Below are positions 36,111 through 44,375 of a DNA stretch of 55,234 nucleotides, one piece after another. The position numbers and the translations under genes were made by a program. Under the pieces are notes generated by a model. That model did not search any database, was not told the origin of the DNA, and saw only the letters and a list, made by a program, of their open reading frames with translations. The stretch comes from Nitrospirota bacterium (GTDB lineage: Bacteria > Nitrospirota > Thermodesulfovibrionia > Thermodesulfovibrionales > Dissulfurispiraceae). Positions within the stretch are counted from its first letter, which is position 1. Every line of letters begins with the position of its first letter. The stretch covers positions 1-55,234 of the forward strand of contig JBFMCP010000021.1 of assembly GCA_040754455.1 (NCBI GenBank). The letters are read 5' to 3'.

Positions 36111-36299
36111 GCGCTCAAAACATTTTCTCGCTGCACCTTGCCTTTATGATACAGCTTGCGTTCCTTTTTGATTCCGTAAGAAAGCTCAGAACGCCGGATC
36201 AGGAGATGTTTGTGCAAAAGCCATACGGACTAATCGACTGATAGTTTAGCGCAGTCTTTCTTGACTATCAATGAGGAAATGTGTAAACCTTAAAGGGGA

Positions 36300-37262
36300 T
36301 TGCCGGTAACTAAGAAAATGAGTACCGCGAGAGCAACGGTCAAAAAAAATCTATTTTTCTCACTCATGCTGCTGGTCGTTGTATGTTCCTGCGGTCGCGA
36401 CGAGACCCCCATCCCTGTCGATATGTCGGTGAGGACCGAAACCACAATACGACAAAACTCCGGCGACATCACCTTCGCCTACCTACCTCAATACTCTCAT
36501 CGAACCTCCTACCAGCGCCAGAACCCTCTTGTCGAGTATCTGAAAAAGGAAACCGGTTTAAGCATAAGGCAAATTTACCCTGAAACCTTTGATGAGCATG
36601 TAACAATGTTCGGGCAGGGGAAGATCGACATTTCCTTTTCCAACCCCTTCATTTACGCGAAGATCGCCCACTTATACGGAGCCAGGGCATTGGCCAGAAC
36701 GGTGGAGCGTGACGGCAGAAAGGACTTTCGAGGGCAGATCATCTGCCGCAGGGATAATCAGCAGATACGATCGATTGAAGACTGCAGGGGAAAACGCTGG
36801 ATCGCTACTGATCCTGCCTCGGCAGGAGGATACCTCTTTGCCCTTGGACTATTTTACGATCACGGAATAAAGAGAGGGGACTTTGCGCAGATCGACTTTG
36901 CTCCCGGATCGGGCGGCAAACAGGAGAAGGTCGTCCTCTCAGTATACGCTGGAAAATACGATATCGGCTCCATCAGGGAGGGAACGCTGGAGGTGGTCTC
37001 CGACAGAATTGACATCCGGGAGATCCGCGTTCTCGCCAGCACCCCCTGGTATCCCGGCTGGGTGTATGCCGTCCGCAGGGATTTTGACCCTGCTGTTGCA
37101 CAGAAAGTGAAGGAGGCGTTGATAAAACTTGACCGCAACAATCCTGAGCATAAAAAAATACTCGACTCCGCCAACATCAGCGGTGTGGTACTATCTGACG
37201 ATAGGGAATTTGATCCTATACGGAAACTCGCCGCAAAGATAGGCAGTGACCTCAACCACTGA
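36300..37262 (+). CDS. PhnD/SsuA-family periplasmic substrate-binding lipoprotein
   Basis: Lipobox VCSC, PLVEYLKKETG, DPASAGGYL, VL.STPWYPGW. Confidence 0.85.
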   Translation: MPVTKKMSTARATVKKNLFFSLMLLVVVCSCGRDETPIPVDMSVRTETTIRQNSGDITFAYLPQYSHRTSYQRQNPLVEYLKKETGLSIRQIYPETFDEHVTMFGQGKIDISFSNPFIYAKIAHLYGARALARTVERDGRKDFRGQIICRRDNQQIRSIEDCRGKRWIATDPASAGGYLFALGLFYDHGIKRGDFAQIDFAPGSGGKQEKVVLSVYAGKYDIGSIREGTLEVVSDRIDIREIRVLASTPWYPGWVYAVRRDFDPAVAQKVKEALIKLDRNNPEHKKILDSANISGVVLSDDREFDPIRKLAAKIGSDLNH

Positions 37263-37263
37263 A

Positions 37264-39354
37264 ATGAAACCTGTTCACTATATAAACCGTAAACTGAATT
37301 TGCGTGCCAAAATATCTCTTGTTATCATAGCAATTCTCCTTGCCTTTGGCATCGGCCTGTCACTTGCCATCAGTAATATTGCTTCTGATGCGCTCCTTAA
37401 CGAAAGTAAAAAGAGGGGAGTTGCGAGCGGAATATACCTGTCTTCCCGGATAAGCGAGCCTATATTGACCATGGATTTTCTCCAAATGAAAAATACCGTC
37501 GATGAGGTAGTGCGCGGCAGCAAGGACATCTCTTATGCCTTTGTCCTTGACCGGCACGGTGAGCCGCTGGTGCATACCTTTACCGGCGGCTTTCCCGTTG
37601 CCCTGAAACAGGCTAACCAGGTAGCTGATGGAGAAACCTACCGTATGCGCCTGCTTTCGACCGGAAGTGAGCTGATTTATGATGTCGCCGTGCCTGTTCT
37701 TGTCGGCAAGGACCGCCTGGGCACGGCACGGGTCGGTATGTCCCGGGCCCATGTCCAGCAAGTGGTGAGCAAACTCTTATGGGCAATCTCCCTCTCTACT
37801 GGTGTCGGTATACTTATTGCGGGATTCGTTAGTACCGCCCTGGCACGGACCATGACGAAGAGAATACGGCTCCTGCATCATTCCGCCGAGGAGATTGTCA
37901 AGGGTAATCTGGATATTTCCGTCTCGCCTGAGCTGAAACAGCAGTGCTGGGAGATGATGCATTGTACAAAGAAAGCGTGTCCTGCTTACGGCAACACCCG
38001 CCAGCGGTGCTGGTACCTCGTCGGGACTATGTGCCAGACCTGTATCGAAAAGAATTACGAGGATAAGATCAGGAACTGCTTCCAGTGTAAAGTCTATAAA
38101 AGCAATACCGGTGACGAGATCCAGGATCTGACGGAATTCTTCACTATTATGGCGCTCATTCTCCGCGACCGGCTCCAGGCCTTGTTGAAGACCGAAGCGG
38201 ATCTCAAGCAACAGCAGCAGCTCTTCAGGACTATCCTCGACGTCACGCCTGACAGCGTATCACTGCAGGACAGGTCGTTCCGATTTCAGGCGGTCAACAA
38301 GGCGTTCTGCAGGATGGCTGAAAAGAGCGAAGAGGAGATCATCGGCAAAACGGATGCCGATCTGTTCTCCCCCGAGCTCGCTGAGGTGAACCGGCGTGAA
38401 AACCTACATATTGTCGAAACAGGACAGCCCCTCTCCGCCGAACGGAAAACCCGGAAGGCGGGAACTATCCGCTGGTTTCACCTTGTTAAAACTCCGGTTT
38501 TCGATGCCAACGGCGCGGTAGTGGGCATCCTCTGCAACAGCACCGATATTACCGAAATCAAGAGACTTCATGAGCAGATCATACGCTCTCAGAAAATGGA
38601 GTCCCTGGGGCAGCTTTCAGCAGGTGTTGCCCATGAGATCAACACCCCGCTGGGCATTATTCTGGGTCATACGCAGCTGCTTCTGGAAGACACTCCTCCA
38701 GGCACGGAGATGCACGAAACGCTTCTTACTATCGAGAAGTATGCCCGCATATCGAAGAAGATCGTTTCCGATCTGCTCCACTTCGCACGGCATACCGAGA
38801 GTATCAAGAAACCCACCGATGTCAACGCGATCCTGGAACAGGTGCTGGCAATTGTGGAGCACACGTTCCGGTTGGAACGCATTGTCATACAACGACATTT
38901 GGCTTCAGGTCTGCCCCTTGTCTTCGGCGACCAGGAAAAGCTGGAGCAGGTCTTCATGAATCTGCTGCATAATGCTTACGATGCCATTGGTTCGGATGGC
39001 CGGATCTTGGTGCAGACAAGCTACGATGAGCGTGCAAGGGAAGTGGTTATTTCCATCGCCGATACAGGACATGGCATTCCTCCCAAAATAAAAGATAAAC
39101 TCTTTGATCCTTTCTTCAGCACTAAGGGCGTAGGAAGGGGGACCGGTCTAGGGCTTTCGGTAACGTTTGGGATTATTAAAGACCATGAAGGGAAGATCGA
39201 CTTTGAAAGCCCTGCAAGCTTCGGGAATGAGAATGGCGAGCCCCTTCCGGAAGGGGCAAGTGAAAAGAGGAGGGGCTCGGTATTTACCGTCCGCTTGCCT
39301 GCTTATGCAATCCATGAGACAGCAAAAGGGGGAGAAATCGCTTCCAATGGCTAA
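37264..39354 (+). CDS. Sensor histidine kinase (periplasmic domain, HAMP split by a Cys-rich insert, PAS, HisKA, HATPase)
   Basis: Two TM helices, CWEMMHC...CPAY...CW...GTMC insert, PAS, AHEINTPL, NAYDA, GTGLGL. Alternative start 37246. Confidence 0.9.
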   Translation: MKPVHYINRKLNLRAKISLVIIAILLAFGIGLSLAISNIASDALLNESKKRGVASGIYLSSRISEPILTMDFLQMKNTVDEVVRGSKDISYAFVLDRHGEPLVHTFTGGFPVALKQANQVADGETYRMRLLSTGSELIYDVAVPVLVGKDRLGTARVGMSRAHVQQVVSKLLWAISLSTGVGILIAGFVSTALARTMTKRIRLLHHSAEEIVKGNLDISVSPELKQQCWEMMHCTKKACPAYGNTRQRCWYLVGTMCQTCIEKNYEDKIRNCFQCKVYKSNTGDEIQDLTEFFTIMALILRDRLQALLKTEADLKQQQQLFRTILDVTPDSVSLQDRSFRFQAVNKAFCRMAEKSEEEIIGKTDADLFSPELAEVNRRENLHIVETGQPLSAERKTRKAGTIRWFHLVKTPVFDANGAVVGILCNSTDITEIKRLHEQIIRSQKMESLGQLSAGVAHEINTPLGIILGHTQLLLEDTPPGTEMHETLLTIEKYARISKKIVSDLLHFARHTESIKKPTDVNAILEQVLAIVEHTFRLERIVIQRHLASGLPLVFGDQEKLEQVFMNLLHNAYDAIGSDGRILVQTSYDERAREVVISIADTGHGIPPKIKDKLFDPFFSTKGVGRGTGLGLSVTFGIIKDHEGKIDFESPASFGNENGEPLPEGASEKRRGSVFTVRLPAYAIHETAKGGEIASNG

Positions 39355-39703
39355 AATACTGGTTCTGGATGATGTCTTCGATGCGGTTGCTTTGATCAAA
39401 AAGATACTGGAACGCAAAGGGCATGATGTCGTAGGGTTCACCGAAGAAGAAGAGGCGATCTCGTATACTCACTCGAATCCTGTCGATCTTGCCATTCTGG
39501 ATATTAAGCTCAAAAAGATGAGTGGTATTGAAGTGCTGACAGAGCTCAAGAAGATCAACCCTGCACTGAAAGTAATCATGCTTACCGGCTATCCTACCCT
39601 CGAAACAGCTCGTGAGGCAGTGCGACTGGGTGCCAGTGAGTACTGTGTAAAGCCTATAGAGAAAGAGGAACTGGAAGAGAAGGTAGGGAATATCTTAAAG
39701 TAA
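39347..39703 (+). CDS. Single-domain response regulator
   Basis: MAKILVLDD, ILDIKL, MLTG, KP. True start is 39347, not the ORF-track start 39167. Confidence 0.9.
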   Translation: MAKILVLDDVFDAVALIKKILERKGHDVVGFTEEEEAISYTHSNPVDLAILDIKLKKMSGIEVLTELKKINPALKVIMLTGYPTLETAREAVRLGASEYCVKPIEKEELEEKVGNILK

Positions 39704-39710
39704 AGGTGCT

Positions 39711-40832
39711 ATGTCCGGGTATAAAATAACATGGATCACCGACAATCTGGCGACCGGCACTGCGCCTATCTCCTATGATGACCTTGAAGTGATACGGGAG
39801 CAGGGGATTGATGCCATCGTCAACTTATGTGCCGAATACTGTGACCTGCATGACATCCAAAGGGAAAGCGGCTTTGATGTGCTCTATTTTCCCATAGAAG
39901 ACGATTCTGCCCCCGGACTGGAAGAGATGGAAAGGGCGCTTGACTGGCTGGACGAGGCAATCTATCTGGGCAAGAGGGTCCTTGTACATTGCCGCCTGGG
40001 GCTCGGACGAACGGGAACATTTATTACCGCCTACCTCCTGAGGCGCGGATTCGGCATGAAGACGGCACAAAGGAGGTTGAAGCGGACCCGTCTTAACCCC
40101 TCGAGCTTTTATCAATGGAGACTGCTGAGGAAATATACGAAGCAATCAGGCGAGCTTACCATACGAGAACCTTCTATAGGAACAAAAAACATTGTCGACC
40201 TCAATCCCTTCTTTGCCGAATATGAGCAACTCGTTCAGGAGATCGAGACATTGATCCAGTCGCTTTCCCAAGCGGCCGCATCAGTACGGAGCAAGGTGCG
40301 GCGGTGCGGCGATGACACCGACGAGTGCTGCAGCCGGTTTCTTTATCTGCAGCTTATCGAAGCGGCATATCTCAATTACTATTTGAGCAAGCGGCTCAGC
40401 AGGGGTGATCGGCTTGCTGCTCGCAACAGGGCGCTGGTAATGAGCAAGGCATTTTGCGGCACCAAGGAGTGTCTGCCGGCCGATGATGCTATGATACACC
40501 AAGAGCACGCCCTCCTTCTGCCCGATAATCCTGGCGCGGTGAGCTATAGATGCCCCCTCAACGTCGATGCAAAATGCATTGCCTACCAGTATCGGCCTCT
40601 TACCTGCCGTATGTACGGTATCAGTGCTCAGGTGGAGTCTCGTCATGCTGATAGAGCACTCGCTCAAATAGACCCTGACCGGATCAATGAGCAACTCTCC
40701 GGCATTTCGGAAAGGCTCTTCTACGGTATGAGCTCTTTCTCTTTCAAGGACAAGAGTCTCCTCTTCCCCCTGACCCATGTGGTCTCCGGTAAATTTGTTC
40801 AGGATTACTTTACTTTCCTTTCAAAGGTTTAA
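39711..40832 (+). CDS. Dual-specificity phosphatase fused to a YkgJ/CxxCxxCC-type cysteine-cluster domain
   Basis: HCRLGLGRTG P-loop; C-terminal C.....CC, CPL.....C..Y..RPLTCR.YG. Confidence 0.85.
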   Translation: MSGYKITWITDNLATGTAPISYDDLEVIREQGIDAIVNLCAEYCDLHDIQRESGFDVLYFPIEDDSAPGLEEMERALDWLDEAIYLGKRVLVHCRLGLGRTGTFITAYLLRRGFGMKTAQRRLKRTRLNPSSFYQWRLLRKYTKQSGELTIREPSIGTKNIVDLNPFFAEYEQLVQEIETLIQSLSQAAASVRSKVRRCGDDTDECCSRFLYLQLIEAAYLNYYLSKRLSRGDRLAARNRALVMSKAFCGTKECLPADDAMIHQEHALLLPDNPGAVSYRCPLNVDAKCIAYQYRPLTCRMYGISAQVESRHADRALAQIDPDRINEQLSGISERLFYGMSSFSFKDKSLLFPLTHVVSGKFVQDYFTFLSKV

Positions 40833-40900
40833 CCCTGCATGAACATGCTCCAGTTGCATGTACCAAGATGTTTTTTTCCGGTACAAAGAAGGGCAGGATT

Positions 40901-40909
40901 TGGTATAAT
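40901..40909 (+). promoter_or_regulatory. Extended -10 promoter element
   Basis: TGgTATAAT upstream of the 41018 operon. Confidence 0.5.
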
Positions 40910-41017
40910 GTCCTACCTTGATGCGTAGTCGTGACATAATAATGAGGGGGACATTACATCTGTCATCCACGGGAACTATCGGGCTGCTTCTGCACCCGCT
41001 GCACGGGGTGAGGTGCC

Positions 41018-42697
41018 GTGCCCTTTAACGCCCTTCCCAAGAATTATTTTGTCGACCGGGAAGGCGAGCTTGCGTATCTCAAGCGGTTGGCCGATGCCGC
41101 TGAAAACACTATCGGAGGCAATATCCTTCTCGAAGGGGCACGGGGCATCGGCAAGACCGAGCTCCTCAAGCAGCTCTATCGCTCCTGCTTTTGGGGCGAA
41201 AAGAGTGCCATTCCTTTCTACTATTCCTTCCAGCGCGCCATGCTCAAGGGAACACACTTTGCCCGCGATTACTTCACGCGCTTCGTAAAGCAGTATCTCG
41301 CCTACCTCAAGAAAGACCCCTCGCTGATCGACAATATGAGCACTTCGCTCACCAGGCTCATGCCCCTGATCTCTTCTCTCAGGATCGAGTGGATGATCGA
41401 CCTGATCGAGGATTTCAATGAGCAGCTGCGGGAGGGGGACCTCTACGGGCAGATGCTCGGCGCCATTAACGCACCGGTCATCGCCGCAGGGAAGAACGGG
41501 CAGCCCGTCTTGGTCATGCTCGATGACTTCCCCTTGGCAGCCCAGCTTTACGAGGCGGCCCCGGGCGACGTGCCCGGGCTGATAAGCCTTTTCGAAGGGT
41601 CGCTGAAGACTTCCCTCTGTCCTCACATCGTGACCGGTTCGCCCGAGGGTCTGCTGGAATCAATCTTCTCCGATACCACCTTCAGAGGCAAGGTCGAGCG
41701 GATGTTCGTCAGGCCGCTCCATGAAGATGCGGCGTTTGCGCTCTTCCAGAACTACTGTACCATGCTGGGGGTCAGGGACTACCGGGAGGTATCCTTTAAA
41801 TTTATGAAATTCCTCGGAGGCAATCCCCTCTACATACGGAACATCGTCAGGTCGCTCTGGAAGATGCAGAAGAAGGATCTTACCGAGAGGGACCTGTGGG
41901 AGTGCTACAGCTACGAAGTGTCAGAGGGAGAGACTGCCTTCTACTGGTCTTCCATACTGGGAGAGTTTCTCAGGGATGTGGAGCAGCGGAGGACCGCAAT
42001 AGAGCTGCTTATGCACTCCATAAAATCGAACAGCGAATTTCACGATCTGGGCAGGCTCTCGAGGGTGCTCGGCATACCCGAACGCTCGCTGCGGCAGGCG
42101 CTCGAGTCGCTCCAGTCCGCCGGCATCGTGCAGGCGGGCATTGCCGTGAGAAAAACAAATGACAATGTCCTTCAGGACTTCATACAAAGCATGTATCTGA
42201 AAGAGGTCGAGGGAAGGGCAACGGAGCGGATACGGGAGCTGATCGAGACGAAATACCATGCCGAGAGCAGCACTGCTTCGACCTTTGAGATGGTCATCCC
42301 CATGGCTTCGGATGCGGAGCTGGTCGCCGCAAAGGCGGTCGAGCAGATCGGCAAAAATATCAATCTGAACCCCGATGTGACCAACCATCTCCAGCTGGCC
42401 CTCATCGAAGCGTGCATCAATGCCATGGAGCACAGCGGAAGCTACGAGAAGAAGGTCTTCCTCAAATTCACCGTCAGCCCCGAGGTGATCGAAATAGCGA
42501 TAGAGACGCCGGGCAAGTTCTTTGAGGCCGATATGGGCGAGGAGATGACGATCGAGGAGAAGCTCCACTCGGAGCATAAGAGAGGCTGGGGGCTCAAGCT
42601 GATGCGCAACATCATGGATGAAGTGAAGGTGGAACGCATCGGCGACATGACGCGCGTCGTGTTGATCAAGAAAATAAGACCCGATGAGGTGTTGTGA
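41018..42697 (+). CDS. P-loop ATPase (archaeal-ATPase/STAND-like) fused to an RsbW-type anti-sigma Ser kinase domain
   Basis: FVDREGEL, GARGIGKT, LVMLDDF, GGNP.Y; C-terminal LALIEACINAMEH...RGWGLKLMRNIMDEV. Confidence 0.85.
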   Translation: MPFNALPKNYFVDREGELAYLKRLADAAENTIGGNILLEGARGIGKTELLKQLYRSCFWGEKSAIPFYYSFQRAMLKGTHFARDYFTRFVKQYLAYLKKDPSLIDNMSTSLTRLMPLISSLRIEWMIDLIEDFNEQLREGDLYGQMLGAINAPVIAAGKNGQPVLVMLDDFPLAAQLYEAAPGDVPGLISLFEGSLKTSLCPHIVTGSPEGLLESIFSDTTFRGKVERMFVRPLHEDAAFALFQNYCTMLGVRDYREVSFKFMKFLGGNPLYIRNIVRSLWKMQKKDLTERDLWECYSYEVSEGETAFYWSSILGEFLRDVEQRRTAIELLMHSIKSNSEFHDLGRLSRVLGIPERSLRQALESLQSAGIVQAGIAVRKTNDNVLQDFIQSMYLKEVEGRATERIRELIETKYHAESSTASTFEMVIPMASDAELVAAKAVEQIGKNINLNPDVTNHLQLALIEACINAMEHSGSYEKKVFLKFTVSPEVIEIAIETPGKFFEADMGEEMTIEEKLHSEHKRGWGLKLMRNIMDEVKVERIGDMTRVVLIKKIRPDEVL

Positions 42698-43074
42698 TGA
42701 GGATGTCGAATTTCAATGTCGGTTCAAAAATCATGGACGATATGGCGGTCATCTATCCGAAAGGGTACCTGAACAACATCACCGGCGAGGACCTCGTCGA
42801 TGCATGTAATGGTTATATCGAAAAGGGTATAAAGAAGATCGTCCTGAATTTCGGTGAGACCGAGTTCATCAACAGTATCGGCATTTCGATGCTCCTGACG
42901 ATTATCGAACGGCTGAAGGAGTGCAAGGGGACGCTCTGCTTTACGGATATGAGCAAGATGTACCGCGAGACGTTCGAGATGCTCGGCCTGACCAAATTCA
43001 TCAAGATATTCGCTGATGAACACGAGGCGCTGACGCATTTGAGGAGTATCGGGAGCAATGAGCCTCGAACTTAA
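42694..43074 (+). CDS. STAS anti-sigma-factor antagonist
   Basis: KIVLNFGETEFINSIGIS (phospho-Ser position), FEMLGL. Confidence 0.88.
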   Translation: MMRMSNFNVGSKIMDDMAVIYPKGYLNNITGEDLVDACNGYIEKGIKKIVLNFGETEFINSIGISMLLTIIERLKECKGTLCFTDMSKMYRETFEMLGLTKFIKIFADEHEALTHLRSIGSNEPRT

Positions 43075-44281
43075 GCGGGCGCTGTACAATATTTCCTCGC
43101 TGGTCGACCTCGGACAGGAGGTCACCTCGGCAAAGAATTTCAACGTTCGCATCCAGTCGGTGCTGTACGCCATGATGGGAACGTTTCTCGCCAATAAGGG
43201 CGCCATCTTCGTTTTTGAGAAGGACACCAGGGCCCTCATTCCGATTGCAAAGAAGGGATTCCACAAGGCTGAAATCCCGATGCTGATCATCAATGTGGAG
43301 CATATGCTGCTCATCAAGAAGAATGAGCCTTTCACGCTCGGGAACGGGAAAAGCCCCGTCGGATTACACAATCTGAAGGAGGAGCTGCTCCAGTCGGGGG
43401 TCGAGATTTTTATTCCGCTATGGGTGAGGGACGAGTTCATCGGCGCCATTGCCCTCAGCAATAAATTCACTTCCGAGCCCTACGTCGCGGATGATTTCGA
43501 GCTCCTGAAGGTCATGGCCCACCAGATCGCCATTGCCCTCAGCAACCACGCGCTCTTCATCAATCTTTCCGAGCAGCTCGAAAAGAACCGGAAGCTCTAT
43601 GAAGAGATGCGGCGGATCTATCACGATACCATTCAGGCCTTTGCCGCGGCGATCGATGCAAAGGATGTCTATACGAAGAACCACTCTCAGCGCGTGGCCC
43701 GCTACGCCGTGGCAATCGCCCGTGAGCTCGGATGGAGCGAGTCCGAGATAGAGGGCATTTATATTGCCGGGTTTCTGCATGACGTCGGCAAGCTCGTGGT
43801 CAACAGCGAGGTGCTGAACAAGAGCGAACCGCTTACCAAGCAGGAGTGGCATGAGCTGAAGAGCCACCCGATGGTCTCCTATAAAATAAGCTCGAAAATC
43901 AAGTTCCCCTGGAAAGACGTGGTGAAAATGATCAAGCACCACCATGAACGGCTCGACGGCAACGGATATCCCGATGCGCTGACCGGTGAGGACCTGAGCG
44001 AAGGCGCAAAGATCCTGAGCCTTGCCGATTCTTTTGATGCCATGACCTCGGACCGGCCGTACAAGCCCCGGCTGGACCTCAAAGAGGCCCTCGAGGAGCT
44101 GAAGAAGTGTCTCGGCACACAGTTCGATCCGAAGATTGTGGCAGCCTTCTGCAAGGTGCTCGACAAGGAGATCAAGGGCGAGCTGCCCGAGCCGCATATC
44201 CTCCCCCACCTGGACGAGAATTTCGACCCCTCGATCATCACCGCAATGCTCGAAGCATTAATCGCTGAACTGTCGGAATAG
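43058..44281 (+). CDS. GAF + HD-GYP cyclic-dinucleotide phosphodiesterase
   Basis: AIDAKD.YTKNHSQRV, LHDVGK, HHERLDGNGYP, ADSFDAMTSDRPY. Confidence 0.92.
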   Translation: MSLELKRALYNISSLVDLGQEVTSAKNFNVRIQSVLYAMMGTFLANKGAIFVFEKDTRALIPIAKKGFHKAEIPMLIINVEHMLLIKKNEPFTLGNGKSPVGLHNLKEELLQSGVEIFIPLWVRDEFIGAIALSNKFTSEPYVADDFELLKVMAHQIAIALSNHALFINLSEQLEKNRKLYEEMRRIYHDTIQAFAAAIDAKDVYTKNHSQRVARYAVAIARELGWSESEIEGIYIAGFLHDVGKLVVNSEVLNKSEPLTKQEWHELKSHPMVSYKISSKIKFPWKDVVKMIKHHHERLDGNGYPDALTGEDLSEGAKILSLADSFDAMTSDRPYKPRLDLKEALEELKKCLGTQFDPKIVAAFCKVLDKEIKGELPEPHILPHLDENFDPSIITAMLEALIAELSE

Positions 44282-44324
44282 AACAAAAGTAAGAAGAATA
44301 TCCTAGTGGAATTAAAATACCTTT

Positions 44325-44365
44325 TATTCTGAATTCTGGCTCCCGGCTCTTGAATTCTGTATTCT
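44325..44365. repeat. Tandem heptamer repeats between convergent genes
   Basis: tattctg-aattctg-gctcccg-gctcttg-aattctg-tattct. Confidence 0.55.
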
Positions 44366-44375
44366 TCCCTCTATT

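Noticed and set aside
39167..39346. N-terminal extension of the response regulator
   Set aside because: It overlaps the kinase C-terminus in another frame; the receiver fold starts at ATG 39347.
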